Positions 18,166 through 31,432 of a stretch of DNA of 64,000 bases are shown here, piece by piece. A model generated the notes under the pieces. It made no database searches. It was not told the DNA's origin and saw nothing but the letters and a program-made list of their open reading frames with translations. Position numbers and translations under genes: made by a program. Each line of letters starts with the position of its first letter. The stretch's first letter is position 1. The stretch comes from a virus (Duplodnaviria; Caudoviricetes): the IMG/VR virus record IMGVR_UViG_3300022555_000030, positions 1 through 64,000 of that record; one strand, given 5' to 3'.

Positions 18166-21100
18166 ATGAAAGATTCTGATAGTCCATTTATAATAATATT
18201 GACAATAGTTATTATAACCCTTTTAAGTATATTAATTTTGAGTAAAGAGAAATCATCAATTTATTTTGAGCCTAATACTACTCATCTAATGTATAGATCT
18301 GTAGAAAATACAGGATATCGAGGAGAGGCTGAATATTACGTATTCGATGATAATGGAGTTAGGTATTTAGTAACACAAAAATATTTTGATTCTAGAGTAG
18401 ATTTGGAACGGAGATAATAATGAGTGATTATATAGGTATAATGAAATTTTATTGTGAAACTTGTAAATGTAAAACCCCTCATATAGAAGATACTGTAATT
18501 GATAGAGAAAGTTCTACTGTATGGCATTGTCTTTATTGTGGTACAGAATTTCGCCCTCGAGGCGGTAATGCAATGGTGCCTGCATAATAATAATTTGGAG
18601 TGAATAATATGCCTAATTGTAAATTTTGTATGAGGTATTCCTCAAAATGTAATGAAGATTTATTTGCGTTTGGTCATGACCCAGAAGAAGAATGTGATAT
18701 GTTTATTATTGATACTAGTAATGACAAGAATATAGATAATAGATGTAATTGTGGGTATTATCCACCACATTTAAAATCAAAATGCAAATATGGTGTAAAT
18801 AATAATGATGAATAAAGAATATAAAGAATGCGGGTTTATTCCAAATTATCATCTTATGCCTAGCAAAGAAGGTTATTTTATATGCCCTAATATAGGATTT
18901 TGTAATGAAAAGCACGAGGGTGTATGTGAATGCTTTGCATGTGACAGTATTTCATGCCAAGAATGCAGATACTGGGATAAATATGTAAGTAGTGCAGAAA
19001 AATTAGAAGATATATGGGAACATAATAAAAAAGAGAATAAAATAAATAAATTATTTTCTGAATTAGATGCTAAATGCCCCCATTTTGGTCAAGTATATAT
19101 GACAGTTAAAAATTGTTCAATATGTTATAAAGAATTAAAAAATAAATATAATATAAAATAATTTTTGCTATTTACTATATGATAGTATATTATTAGTATA
19201 TTAATATAAGGATTAAATAAATGAAAAAAAGATATTATATACTATTAATTATTGTATTGTTATTGGGTCTTATAATTAGTATAAGAACATGCTATCATAA
19301 CCACAAAGAAATATTAATATCTCCATTACCACCTATTTCTGAAACTATATTAGGTAATTATCAAAATCAAGAAACTGTAATAGTATTCTCTGTGCTATAT
19401 GATAATTATACACCTCCATATATTATAAATAATGATATATAAGATGATATACAATAGTATAGAAGACATCATAATAATGCTATTGCTCCTGTGGCATATT
19501 CTTCAGTACTATCATTGCCGGTGCCTAGTCCTGTCCCACCAGTACCTGAGCTTTCATCTTTGGTATTATTTGGGGCAGGGATACTTGGATTAGGAATTTT
19601 TATATATATTAAAAAGGATAAATAAAATGAAAAGAAAAATGAAAAAGATTAAGGTTCCTAGTGGTGCTACTTGCCATTATGAAAGGATTAACGGAGAATG
19701 GTATGTAGTATGGAGCGAAGATTTTATAGGAGATGATCCTGGTAAACAAAAAGTAGAATATTCTGAAGCGTTATATTTAGAAATAGGTTATCAAACCCAT
19801 GAACAAGAAAATAAAATTGTGGAATATTATTAAAAAAGGAGAAATAATATGAGTGGTGGGGTAGAAGATTCAGTAAAATATTGGGAAAATAAACAAAAAA
19901 AGTTCAATGATGAAGAAAAAAATATATTTACTGAAGAATATAGAATAAAATTTATACAGAATGCATTACAAAATAATTATATTGCTGCGCAATATATATA
20001 TTTTCTTGAAAAAAGAATAGAAAAATTAGAAATTAAACTTGGGGAGCGATAATAATACTATGGATAATTATACAGCACAAGAAAGTTTTGCGGAAGAACG
20101 TGCTTATTATCTTAATAAAAAGGATATTAAAAGACAAGCAAAGTTGGAATTGCTGGATGAGATGGAGAAGCCTTGCCCTCATGAACCATATAAATGCTTA
20201 GAAGTTAAAAGATGTGATTGTTATATCTGTTTAGAGGAAATAAGAAAGGAAATTACAGATGTCCCTTAAACATAGCTGTAATCACTGTGCCCGTCAAAAA
20301 ACCTGTCAAAAAATATCAAGCCCAGGTCAATACCATAAATGTTGGGAACCTGAAATCAGCCATTATACAATAACAGAGCATAATGTACTGCGTTCTACTG
20401 CATGGTTAGAAGCATCTTATGAAATATCGAAGGAACTAGGAAAAATTATAGAAAAGGATTTTGTGAAATAAATGTTTAGAAGAACTTTTACAAAAATAAG
20501 AGATTTCCCTCAAAAAGTAGAAAGATTTATTCAGCGTGGGAGACGTGGCTGGGCAGATTCAGATACTTGGGATATGCATTGCTATCTTATTAAAGTTATT
20601 ATACCTATGCTTAAATATTTAAAAAGTAATAACCATGGTTTTCCAGGTTCTTTAAAATCTTCAGATGAATGGAGTAATATCCTCTCTGAAATGATCTCAG
20701 GGTTTGAAGCAGGAAAGCGCGTATTAGATGATAATTATTTAGATGAAATACAACCTGGCTGGTGTGAGGCATCTAAAGAAACTAAAGAATTATTATCTGG
20801 ATTAAATATTAAACCATCTTCTCGCATAGAAGAGAGAAAACGTATGAAAGCTGATGAAAAACAATTTCATAAAGCGATGAGATTAATGGATAAATGGTTC
20901 TTTAATTTGTGGGATTAAAAATATGAAGATAAATTTAAATTAGAGAGTGGATAGGCATGAGGATATTGTTAACTGATGCAGAATTAATGGATAATCGAAC
21001 TAAAGCAGGAAAAGAGTATGCAGAATTATGTGAAGGAGTAGGGTATATTAATCCAATTACTCATATGAGATTAATACAAGAAATAACTGCTAAGGCACAA

Positions 21101-21844
21101 GTCATAAAGTTGCTAAATGAACTAAAGAAGAACTTTATACATGATTCTGAACATAAATTTCATTATTTGTTACCTGTTGAATATATAATAGAAATTACAA
21201 AAGAATTGGATAGTAAATGATGGGAATATTTGATGCTAATCTGCCACCAAATGAGCCTACATGGGAAGTTACTTACTCAGGAGAGAAGATTAAAAAGGAG
21301 ATAAATTAATGGAAGAGAAAGTAATTATTAAGGAAGAATATTTTCATTATAAAGCAGATTCTGGGCAAAAAAGACCGTATGTATATACTATTTGTACATT
21401 ATTAGATAATAATAATAATAATAAATTATTGGCGTTTGGTATATCAATTTGCTCTTGGAGAGATCAGTATGACAGAAAGAAGGGGAATAGAATAGCTAAA
21501 AATCGTGCATATATAGCATATGATGAGAAAAAGAATTCATCAATAATAAGAAAAGATTTAGCAGATATTATTGCATTCTATAATTTACCAGCATATAAAA
21601 GTGTATATATGGGATTCTAATAATGAAAAAGAATAAAAAGATTGTAAAAGCAAAAGTACCAAATAGGCGTAAAGGTTATAGAGGCGATTGGACAGAGGAT
21701 GGATTAGGCTTTTTATTAGATGATTATATATGGGTATTAAAAGAAATGCCAGAATATCGGGGTAATTCAGAAATAAAAACAATGATATTATGCCATGTAT
21801 CTAAATATGAAGAAACAATAAATAATTTAAAAAAGGAAAATTAA
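18166..21844 (+). CDS. Cluster of small hypothetical ORFs, many Cys-rich (includes untracked Zn-ribbon ORF 18420-18587)
   Basis: Tightly packed co-oriented ORFs with RBSs; CxxC pairs in several. Confidence 0.6.
19221..19625 (+). pseudogene. Signal-peptide protein with PEP-CTERM-like C-terminus, interrupted by two in-frame stops
   Basis: One frame reads signal peptide...NNDI*DDIQ*YRR...PVPPVPELSSLVLFGAGILGLGIFIYIKKDK*; TAA at 19440, TAG at 19455. Confidence 0.55.
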
Positions 21845-21855
21845 ACAGCAAATAA

Positions 21856-22293
21856 ATGGATAAAAATGAATGCTATAGAATATTAGGTATTAAAGTAGAT
21901 AGCTCTCAGGATGATATAAAGAGTGCTTATAGATTATTAGCGAAGAAATGGCACCCTGATATTAATAAGGAACCACATGCCGCAGAAGAATTTAAAAAAG
22001 TACAGAAGGCATATGATATATTAATAAATAGTAATAATAAAAATACAGCATATGCAGACATAAATTCTAATTTTACAGGATTTAATATTAATCTTAATGA
22101 AATATTCCAAAATATTATGAAAAATGATTTTTATAGTAATATTAATTATCATAAACAGACTACAAATATGAAGAAATGTACTATATTAGAACTAGAATTT
22201 GATTCTTTAAAAGAAGATGACACTAAAAAAATTATAGAAATTTTAAAAGAAAAAGGATATAATGTGATACTTCGTTCTATTATAAAATTATAA
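21856..22293 (+). CDS. J-domain (DnaJ-like) protein
   Basis: YRILG...IKSAYRLLAKKWHPD...EEFKKVQKAYDIL with the HPD motif. Confidence 0.9.
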   Translation: MDKNECYRILGIKVDSSQDDIKSAYRLLAKKWHPDINKEPHAAEEFKKVQKAYDILINSNNKNTAYADINSNFTGFNINLNEIFQNIMKNDFYSNINYHKQTTNMKKCTILELEFDSLKEDDTKKIIEILKEKGYNVILRSIIKL

Positions 22294-22384
22294 TTAATTA
22301 CATAACTTTTTTGCTTTTTATTAATAAATACTATAATACATTTATAAAGATTAATTAATAATAAATAATTAAAGGAGAAAAGAA

Positions 22385-23344
22385 ATGACTGCATATGTTG
22401 AATCAATGGCATATTATGGTGAAACTCCATGGCATAATTTAGGTACTAAACTAGATAAACCTGCAACTTCAGAAGAAGCAATTATTGCTAGTGGTTTAAA
22501 TTGGGAAGTAGTAAAATATCCTTTAACTATGGAGAAAGATAGTTCTACTAGTATTAGAGTCCCAGGATATTATGCACTTACACGTAAAGCTGATAATCGT
22601 ATATATAATATTGTAAAAGATAGATATAACCCTCTCCAAAATCGTGATGCATTTAAATTTTTTGATGATGTTGTAGGCAAGAAATTAGCTATTTATCATA
22701 CTGCTGGATCATTAAAAAATGGGGCAATTGTATGGATTCTTGCGCGATTAAGTGAATGTATTAAAGTTAAAAATGATGCAATAGATGAATATTTACTTTT
22801 AAGAAATCCTCATGATGGTTCTGGTGCGGTTGAAATGTTCTTTACACCTATACGAGTAGTTTGTTGGAATACTCTTGCAATGGCAGAGTCAAGCACAGTA
22901 AATAAATTTTATGCAAGGCATACTACGAATATGATGTCTAAAATCCAGGATGCACAAGAATTATTACAATTATCACAAAAATATTTCTTAGAACAAGAAG
23001 AAAAATATAATTTCATTGCTGGCAAACAATTAACTAATAAGCAATTAGATGAATTAATTAGAACGGCATTAAATATTACTGAAGAAAAGGAATTTGAAGA
23101 TATTTATGGCCCAATGAAAAGAGAATATGAAAAAGTACAAGAATTATTAGAAACTGGTCGTGGATTAAATAATCCTGAAATCCGTGGGAGTGCTTATTGG
23201 GCTTATAATGCAGTAGTAGAATATGTTGATTATTATAAGAATATTCGTGGTAATGATAAAGAAGATAAAAGATTGTATTCTGCTTGGTTTGGATCAGGAA
23301 ATAATATTAAAAATAGAGCATTAGATTTTGCATTGGCAGTATAA
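22385..23344 (+). CDS. DUF932-family phage/plasmid protein
   Basis: ETPWHNLG...LNWEV...YNPLQNRDAF...TAGSL...HDGSG...TPIRVVCWNTL...AYNAVVEYVD...WFG. Confidence 0.85.
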   Translation: MTAYVESMAYYGETPWHNLGTKLDKPATSEEAIIASGLNWEVVKYPLTMEKDSSTSIRVPGYYALTRKADNRIYNIVKDRYNPLQNRDAFKFFDDVVGKKLAIYHTAGSLKNGAIVWILARLSECIKVKNDAIDEYLLLRNPHDGSGAVEMFFTPIRVVCWNTLAMAESSTVNKFYARHTTNMMSKIQDAQELLQLSQKYFLEQEEKYNFIAGKQLTNKQLDELIRTALNITEEKEFEDIYGPMKREYEKVQELLETGRGLNNPEIRGSAYWAYNAVVEYVDYYKNIRGNDKEDKRLYSAWFGSGNNIKNRALDFALAV

Positions 23345-23867
23345 AAATGATATTAAATGAATTTGAGGGTAAAGGAGAATGGATAAGAAAAATTGCACTA
23401 CATGTATTCATTGGAAAGGGCGTACAGATTTAAATAAGTGTAAATTAAAACCAAATATTATACCTAATTGGTCTAATCCTAATTGTATAGATTATAAAAC
23501 AATTGAAGGACAAATAAATGGGATTAAGAGATGAAATAGCCAAACTGACGAAGGAGAGAGAATCCAATGACAGACGAACAACGGATAGTTTACGTTAATG
23601 CCAAAATTGCTTCCATGTTGGTCGAAATGAATGCCATGATAGCAGAGAATCAGGATAGAACAAACCACGGAGAGGCTCAGGCGTGGGGTTATAAAGAGTT
23701 TATGGAACTCCAAGAAAACTATGGTATGCAAGAAAACACCCTGACGAAAACTTTACTTGGTGGGTCTTAAGTGAAGGAATAAAACAGGGTTGCGTATCTG
23801 CTAAGCACGTACACTAGGTTTTGAAGTTTCTGGTAGAGTCGGTTATTCAATAGATTTTACTAAATAA

Positions 23868-24047
23868 CCAGAAAACTGGCATGGATTAGCGCCTGAGCAT
23901 GAAAGGCAAGCTAATATTATTCTTGCTCTTGTATTAGACGAGTTGGAAACTTATTGTCCTCATTATCCTGATATTAGCAGTACAATACGAAAAAGATTTT
24001 GTACAGAATGTTTAAAGGAAATAAGAAAAGAGATTGAAAATGAATAA
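23868..24047 (+). pseudogene. Start-less copy of the LDELxxPCPH...CxxC paralogue family
   Basis: After an in-frame TAA at 23865 the frame reads ...VLDELETYCPHY...RFCTECLKEIRKEIENE*. Confidence 0.5.
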
Positions 24048-24431
24048 GATGATAAAAATAGAACGATTACGGAAAGCTTTGATAAAAGACTTTAATAACT
24101 TATATGTTAAAGAATTTACTACTGATTCACAAATCCAAAGGGTTATAAGACAAGTCGAGATTAATATAATGCCTTTAGATAATGTTATGAAGCTTATTAA
24201 CCCTAAAGAGACTAAGAATGTCTAAAATAATACCAGACGATATGGATATGTGCGGAAGATGTTATGAGGTCGTTAGTAAAGTATTTACAGCTAACTGTAG
24301 TGAGAAACCTGAACTATTAAAGGGACAACCTTTAGGACAGTATCATTGCCCCGATTGTGGTGCTATGATTATAGCTGGAATAAAACACCCACCTATGTGT
24401 AAAAAATGTATAGATAGAAAACATCCAATGT

Positions 24432-24791
24432 TTGATGAGAGAAATTAAATTTAGGGCATGGGATAAAAAACACAGCAGAATGACTCCTATTATAGCATTA
24501 GGTCTTTTATCGAAAGAAGCAGTTGGTGATTCTTGTACTTTGAAATTTAACAAAGATTGTGAGCTTTTACAATATACAGGACTAAAAGACAAGGATGGTA
24601 AAGAGATTTATGATGGGGATATCGTCACACACGGATTCCAAAGCAATCCAACTAAAATTTATTGGGATAATTTCAATGGTAAATGGGTAAGAACCAGTTA
24701 CACAGGGATAACTCAAGGTGATATGGAATTAATGGGTAAAGTCATCGGCAACATTTATGAAAATCCAGAATTAGTTGATAAGGAGGAATAG
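24432..24791 (+). CDS. YopX-family protein
   Basis: REIKFRAWDK...LLQYTGLKDKDGKEIYDGDIV...VIGNIYENPELV. Confidence 0.9.
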   Translation: MMREIKFRAWDKKHSRMTPIIALGLLSKEAVGDSCTLKFNKDCELLQYTGLKDKDGKEIYDGDIVTHGFQSNPTKIYWDNFNGKWVRTSYTGITQGDMELMGKVIGNIYENPELVDKEE

Positions 24792-27700
24792 AGATGAAAG
24801 TGGAAATAATAATACCAGACGGAAAATATTGTGATGGTTGCCAATTATTTGATAACGGTTCGAGTTATGAATATTCCTGTTGGTGTAATTATATTGACAA
24901 AAGCCTTGAGACAGTATACGATGGCGGTTTTGTTAAGAAAACTCTTAAGCATTCCAAATGTCCAAGTTATGAGGAGTATAGAATGGATAAGTATTTATTG
25001 GAAATAGTAGCAAGGACTATATACGATTGGTTTGGAGACGAAGATACAGAATGGAAAGATGTAGGAGAAGTTACTCAGGATAGATTTACTGATGCCGCAG
25101 AGTCAGTTCTTGCTAAAGCCGAGCCATTAATCAGACAGGAAACTGTCAAGGAGGAGTAGAGAATGATTGAGATTAAATCAAGGTTTACAGGTGATGTAAT
25201 TGTTTCAGGAGATTATCAATCAGTCGGGGAATGCCTCGAAAAAAACAGAGGTGCTTGTCTCAGAGGCGCTGATCTCATAGGCGCTAATCTCAGAGGTGCT
25301 AATCTCGGAGGCGCTAATCTCGAAGACGCTAATCTCGAAGACGCTAATCTCGTAGGCGCTTATCTCGGAGGCGCTAATCTCGTAGGCGCTTATCTCGTAG
25401 GTGCTTATCTCGTAGGAGCTGATCTCAGAGACGCTGATCTCAGAGGTGCTGATCTCGTAGGAGCTGATCTCAGAGACGCTGATCTCGGACGCGCTAATCT
25501 CATAGATATAAAAAATTACTCTCAAAATCACAGTATATTTGTGGAATTAATCCACAAACAAAAAGCAGACATATTTACAGAAGCGGAATGGTCTGCTATT
25601 GCACAAATTATGATATATACTCTATGTTGGGGTTCCATACGAAAGCGGTTTGCTAATGCCATCCCTCATGTATTTGAGATATTGGCTCATGCAGGTTGGA
25701 GAGAATATCTTGACCACTGGAATAAATTAGTTAAGAAAGAGGAGTAGAGAATGGATAAGATTTTATTGACTGATGAGGAACTAATAAGTATAACTGATGA
25801 GACTTGCCTGAGACACAACAAAACATGGAATGACATTGAGAAACTTGATGAGTGTAATCTAATTATTGATCTATACGAATCAGCCGCCAAAGCTCAACAT
25901 ATCAAAACAGCTAAGGCGATATTTGATGAGTTAAGAAAAGTCAGGCAGGTACGGTTAACTGATAAATATTTACCAGAAATCTTTTTTGATGCGCCCAAAT
26001 TTAATAGGATAGAACAGTCATTTTTTGGAGGGTAAATAGTATGTGCGAATGTATAGAATTGGTAACTAAGGCCGGATACGTAGGTAAATCTATTTTAGGC
26101 CACCAACCGAATTATCTTCTATACCCCTTAGAGTTCAAAAATGGGAAAGTAAAAGTTAAGAAAGACCCATACTTATTCATTACATATTGCCCTGTTTGTG
26201 GTAAACAGTTATTGGAGGATAAATAGATGAGCAAGTGGCGACCTGAGGGATGGCCAGAACCACGTTGTGTTGATTGTCCAGACAAAGCTGAAGATCAATA
26301 TGGACTACTTTGTAATCTGTCATGCGGTGTGGAATCACTGGATAAAATGTATGAAGCTGGTGCTGATGCCATGCTAGCGGCATTGAGGAAAGAGGGCTAT
26401 GGCAGAATGGTAACAAAAACAATACCGCCATATCCTCAGAGAAACTTTGCGGATGGAGAATTTACACCAGGTTGTGGCCATGAAAGCCATGTAACATATT
26501 TTGAAAAGTTGGAGGGGAAATAGATGGTGATATTGCTGGATAAGAAAGAATTTAGGAAAGTACTAAATGAATGCTCAGTATGGGAAGGAAAATACGACCC
26601 CTTGCTCAAAGCTCAAGCTCTCAAGGTACTGGATGAGCTGGGGAAACCGTGTCCACACGTTCATAAGATTTTGCCAAATAGACCGAAAAGAGCTTGTGAA
26701 GAATGCATGGCGGAAATTAGCGCGGCATTGGAGGGTAAATAGTATGGAGACGAGAGAGGAAATAGCAAAACATTTACTCGATTTAGTTACAAGATTCGAG
26801 TCAGATTTAGTTAGACATTTGTCGCCCAAAGTGCAGAAATCTATTGATTATCAGAAATTCACCTGGAAGACAATTTCAGAGTACCAAAAATCTTTTTGGC
26901 TAGAAGAAGCTGATAAGGTAATTAAGTTGAGAGATAAATAATGGATAAAATTCCTTGGTATGGCTTAATGCAAGATTCTATTCATGAGCAAAAAGGAAAA
27001 CTGATTAAGTGTACTCCAATAAGGAGAAATAAAATGTCTAATCTAATACTTCAAAAGCAAATAGCTGTAATGTTTACTGCTTTGTATTGGGGATTGTCAG
27101 AGAATGCAGCCCTAAATTTTTTTGATGATGCTTCTAAAACTCAAAAGCAAATGTTTTTGGACTATGCTGATAAAGCTATTAAAGAAGTGCGACAAGAACT
27201 TATTAAGGCAATATTTGAGGAATTGTCTAAACCATGTCCTCATCCAGTTAATAAAGGTTATCCAAAACGAGAATGTACTGTGTGTTGCAATAAATTAAGA
27301 AAAGAATTGGAGGGTAAGTAATGGAGATACTGCAAACTATATATGAGTTTACTAATAAAGAATGCGAAACAACCTGCGGTTTATACCATGTAAAATTAGA
27401 TAGTGGTGCAACACATTACCTATTACGTAATAATGATTCTGTGGCTGTAATAGCACATTACTTAGGGCATTCAGCAACAGAGTGTTTAAGTTTAATCATA
27501 GACGATGTAAAAAAAAGAATTCTTCGATAGGTTGGAGGGTAAGAATGCTTACAGACGATGATATAATTTTGTTTGCTATATGCTTCATCAGCATATTGAT
27601 AGTTTTGATTATTATAGCTTGTAGAGTTGGAGGGTAAATAGAATGGAATTAATAAAAGTGCCAATGACTCATAAGGAACTATTAACTCTACCTATAGAAT

Positions 27701-29083
27701 TACAGAGAAAAATTATAGAGCGGCAAGTTGCGGAATTACAATCACTTAAAACAGGTGCATTATGTATAACCTGTTCAGAGATTATAAATTGTAAAATGCG
27801 TGATGCAGTTCAATATTGTGGTGGATTTAAACGAAAAAAGGAGGGTAAATAGATGAATAAAACACCAAAGAATTTACCCATATTGCATATCCATGAATGG
27901 GAATATCCTAAAACTAGACACCATAAACTCATGCGTAAATGTAAATCATGTCCTGTGATTGAAAAATTAAATGATAAAGCATTAAAGATTAAGGGTAAAT
28001 AAATGATGGGGATATTGTTGAGTGATGAGGAATATGAAATAGCCCATAAAGCTGAGGGACATTCAAGAACATTTATAAATTCGTGGACAGTACAACCATA
28101 CTTAAAAGCCCAAGCCTTGAAGTTGTTGGATGAGTTGAATAAGCCTTGCCCACATGAAACATACGCAAATATAAAAAGAGAATGTGAGGAGTGCATGACA
28201 GAAATCCGAAAGGAGATTGAAGATGTGGGCTAAATTGTTATGCAAGCTGGGTATCCACTCTTACGGAGAGTGGGAAACAGTCAAAGTAGCAGATGTCCTG
28301 TATTGGCGAGCCTGCAGGCGTGGATGCGGTTGTAGAGAAGTAATTATGCTGGAGGGTAAATAGAATGGAAAATGTAACAGTAATTTGTGACAGATGCAAG
28401 AAAAAAGTTCATGGCACAGAAAGCCCAGGTACAACTGGTGGGTTTTATCGCCGTGCAGCATGGTTTATGTACATGGAAGATGGTGAAAATATAATCTGTG
28501 ATGAGTGTATGTTTGCGAATCCAGAATATACAAAGATTTTCGGTAAACATGAAGCCAAGATTGGGAACCTTAATCATCATTTCAAGACATTTGAAGGGTA
28601 AATAGATGAATCAACGAACAGGTAAAGAGTGTAAAAAGATAAACTGTAAATACTATAAATACTATTCTAATTGGTTTAGTAATTTAGGACAAAGAGAACT
28701 TGAAATTTGTATGAATTGCCGTAACTCTCATTTATCTCAATATGTTAAGGAGTTGAAATAACATGTTTGAAAACCATATAAATGCTGGAAACAGGAGAGT
28801 AAAAGTGGAAGATTTTGATAAATTAAAAGCACAAAAGGATGAGATTGTATTACGGCAAATGGCAGATACGTGCCGTCTGGACTGGCTGGAAAAACAGGAC
28901 GGATGCGGTTTAATCAGTGACGATGCTGGAAGATGGGCGATGAACAAATGCGGATATCAGAACTACCTTAATCCTGATAAAACCATCAGCTATGCTAAAT
29001 CTTCCGTTTGGGTGGGAGCTCACGAATGGAAACCCTCAATCAGGGCGGCTATTGATTACGCTATGAGGGAGGGTAAATAGATG
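24781..29083 (+). repeat. Dispersed gene-junction repeat, consensus TTGGAGGGTAAATAG(A/T)ATG, plus a GAGGAGTAGAGAATG variant
   Basis: Copies at about 26027, 26214, 26511, 26730, 27309, 27534, 27629, 27840, 27991, 28351, 28591 and 29068; variant at 24782, 25148 and 25739. Confidence 0.85.
25163..25747 (+). CDS. Pentapeptide-repeat protein
   Basis: [11 protein letters not shown]-terminus followed by many A[DNY]LxG/D repeats. Confidence 0.9.
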   Translation: MIEIKSRFTGDVIVSGDYQSVGECLEKNRGACLRGADLIGANLRGANLGGANLEDANLEDANLVGAYLGGANLVGAYLVGAYLVGADLRDADLRGADLVGADLRDADLGRANLIDIKNYSQNHSIFVELIHKQKADIFTEAEWSAIAQIMIYTLCWGSIRKRFANAIPHVFEILAHAGWREYLDHWNKLVKKEE

Positions 29084-30918
29084 GGGATATTACTTAATAG
29101 CAAAGAGCGTCTTAAAATTATAGGTGAGTCCAGAATCGGAAAGGGTGTTGACAATGTAATGAAAGCCCAAGCCATCAAGGTACTGAATGAGCTGGATAAG
29201 CCGTGCCAATATACATATACTTCTGCTGGGCATGCAGTAGAATACAGGCTGAAAAAGTATTGCCCTTATTGTATGACAGAAATTAGAAAGGAGATTGAGG
29301 GAATAAATAATGGATAATAATAAAAGTAATATATCATGCGATGAATGTAAGAAACTAATGAATTGTCCTCGGGATTATGTGCCAATTGATTTGCGCAAAG
29401 AAATGGCAAAAGAAATGGGCTGTTCTGACTATAAATTTGCCAGTGAAAGAAAATTTGCCAGTAAAAGAAAAAAATAAATAACCCATAAAATCAACCGCGC
29501 TGACTACCTGTATATCTTATATACGAATAATACACATACTTTATAAAAGCACAATTTCTCTTATAAAGTTTTTGCTATTTATTATTATAATATATAATAC
29601 ATATATATAAATTAATAAATTATATATATAGAGGATAATAATATGGATACAGAAAATTATATTCAAAGAATGCAAGAAATTAGAGATGGAATTGAATTTA
29701 AAATCGGCAAAAAATTAACCGCCAAGCAATGGGGAGCCATTTCATACCAAGCATATGAAGATGGCCATTATGCTGGTATGTCAGAAATAGTAAGCAAAGC
29801 AAAAGACTTAACTGAATTAGTAATAGATTTGTTAAAAGAATAATAATATGGATGAGGTATTTATATGCCATATGAAGTTAAGACTTATGATTGTGTATAC
29901 ATGACCCCAGAAGAAATGGGAATAATATTATATTTTATAGGTAATTATAATAAAAAGATATTATTAAATGCATTATTCGGGGATGAATTATTTATAATGC
30001 TAGCATATAAAAATTAAATAAATAAGGAGCAGATAAATGGCTAATAAACCCCAAAAAAGTAATGAAAAATATAATGTAATGATTGATGAATATAAGGGAA
30101 GTCCTATATTGCAAATATGGTCTGAAGAGAATTCACAATTCCCGGTAATATCATTTGGGATTAAAAGGGCTAGAGCAATACATAGTTGTATGCCTGATAT
30201 AGAGAAATTTATTCATGATAATGAGGCATAAATAAATGTCCAGAACTAACCGGGATATTAATCATAATATGTGTAAAAGATTACGCCGGGAAGGAGAATA
30301 TATGACTATAGACTGTTTAGAATGCCGGGGATGTCCTACACATACTACATTTCTTAGGAAAGAAGCAAATACAACTGCCAGAGCAAAGCAAAATAATGCA
30401 TTCAAAGCACAAACAGATGATCCAGAAATACCTATCTTTAAATCAGGAAAGGAATGATGGGATTAAATATTATAAATAATATATATAAAGCATTGATAAT
30501 TAATGCAATCCTGGATAATAAATTGGCCCTGGGGGCAGGAAATATGGATAAATACTTGGTCCAGGATCAAAAAATTAAGCAAAATATCAATAAGCACTCA
30601 AATAATGGCACAGACCACCTGCATATCTTATAAGAACAACTCATATAATATTTTCAAAAGCAGTAAGATTACAATAAATTTTTGCTTTTTACTATTATAT
30701 TTTATAATATATATATAAGAGTAAGAAAAGAAAGGAGTAATAAAATGTTAAGCCCTATTATTATTACAATCCATAAATGCCCTAAATGTAATTGTAATTT
30801 ATTCCTGGACAAAAAGAAATTAACCTGTGAATTATGTAATAAGGAGATAAAGAATAAATAATGAAATTAATTAGTATTGAAAGAAAAATAACAAAATGCT
30901 ATTCTAGAAGGAGTTATA

Positions 30919-31413
30919 ATGGGTGAATATTTTATTGCTACAGCACGTACGTATAGTTTTAGTGTGGCTGGTCATTCTACAGTAATTGCAAATGGTCTAA
31001 CAATGGATGAATGCATCATTAATGCTGAAAAATTTCTTATCCAACATCCTGGAGAATTTACTAAACTGATTGATGTATATGAAGCTAAACAGGTTGCCTA
31101 TAAAAGTAGCGAATGGCAGGATTTACGTCAAAATCAAAATGTTACATACAATTTTACAGACCTAATGAAAACGTATATCAAAAGAAAAGAATCATCTGTT
31201 TTAGCTAAAAAGATCGCGGAATTAAAATGTGAAACTAAATTAAATATGATTTGGCCAATTGGTGCATCCATAACTTGTGGTATATTAATGTTTGTTAATC
31301 ATAAAATTGATTATTTTGCATGGTTTATGGCTATAAGCTTGGTATTTTGTATTGCATCAATTTTTGAAAAATATAAAGAATACAAATATAAATTGTATAA
31401 ATTAAATAGATAA
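30919..31413 (+). CDS. Hypothetical protein with two C-terminal TM helices
   Basis: Hydrophobic segments near the C-terminus; downstream of the promoter at 30682. Confidence 0.5.
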   Translation: MGEYFIATARTYSFSVAGHSTVIANGLTMDECIINAEKFLIQHPGEFTKLIDVYEAKQVAYKSSEWQDLRQNQNVTYNFTDLMKTYIKRKESSVLAKKIAELKCETKLNMIWPIGASITCGILMFVNHKIDYFAWFMAISLVFCIASIFEKYKEYKYKLYKLNR

Positions 31414-31432
31414 AAACAGGAGGAATAAATAA

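Noticed and set aside
19440-19457. Stop-codon reassignment as the explanation for in-frame stops
   Set aside because: Long genes are intact in the standard code, and both TAA and TAG act as true stops directly before the next ATG at many junctions.
25250-25500. 15-bp tandem DNA repeat as a separate element
   Set aside because: Fully explained by the pentapeptide-repeat coding sequence.
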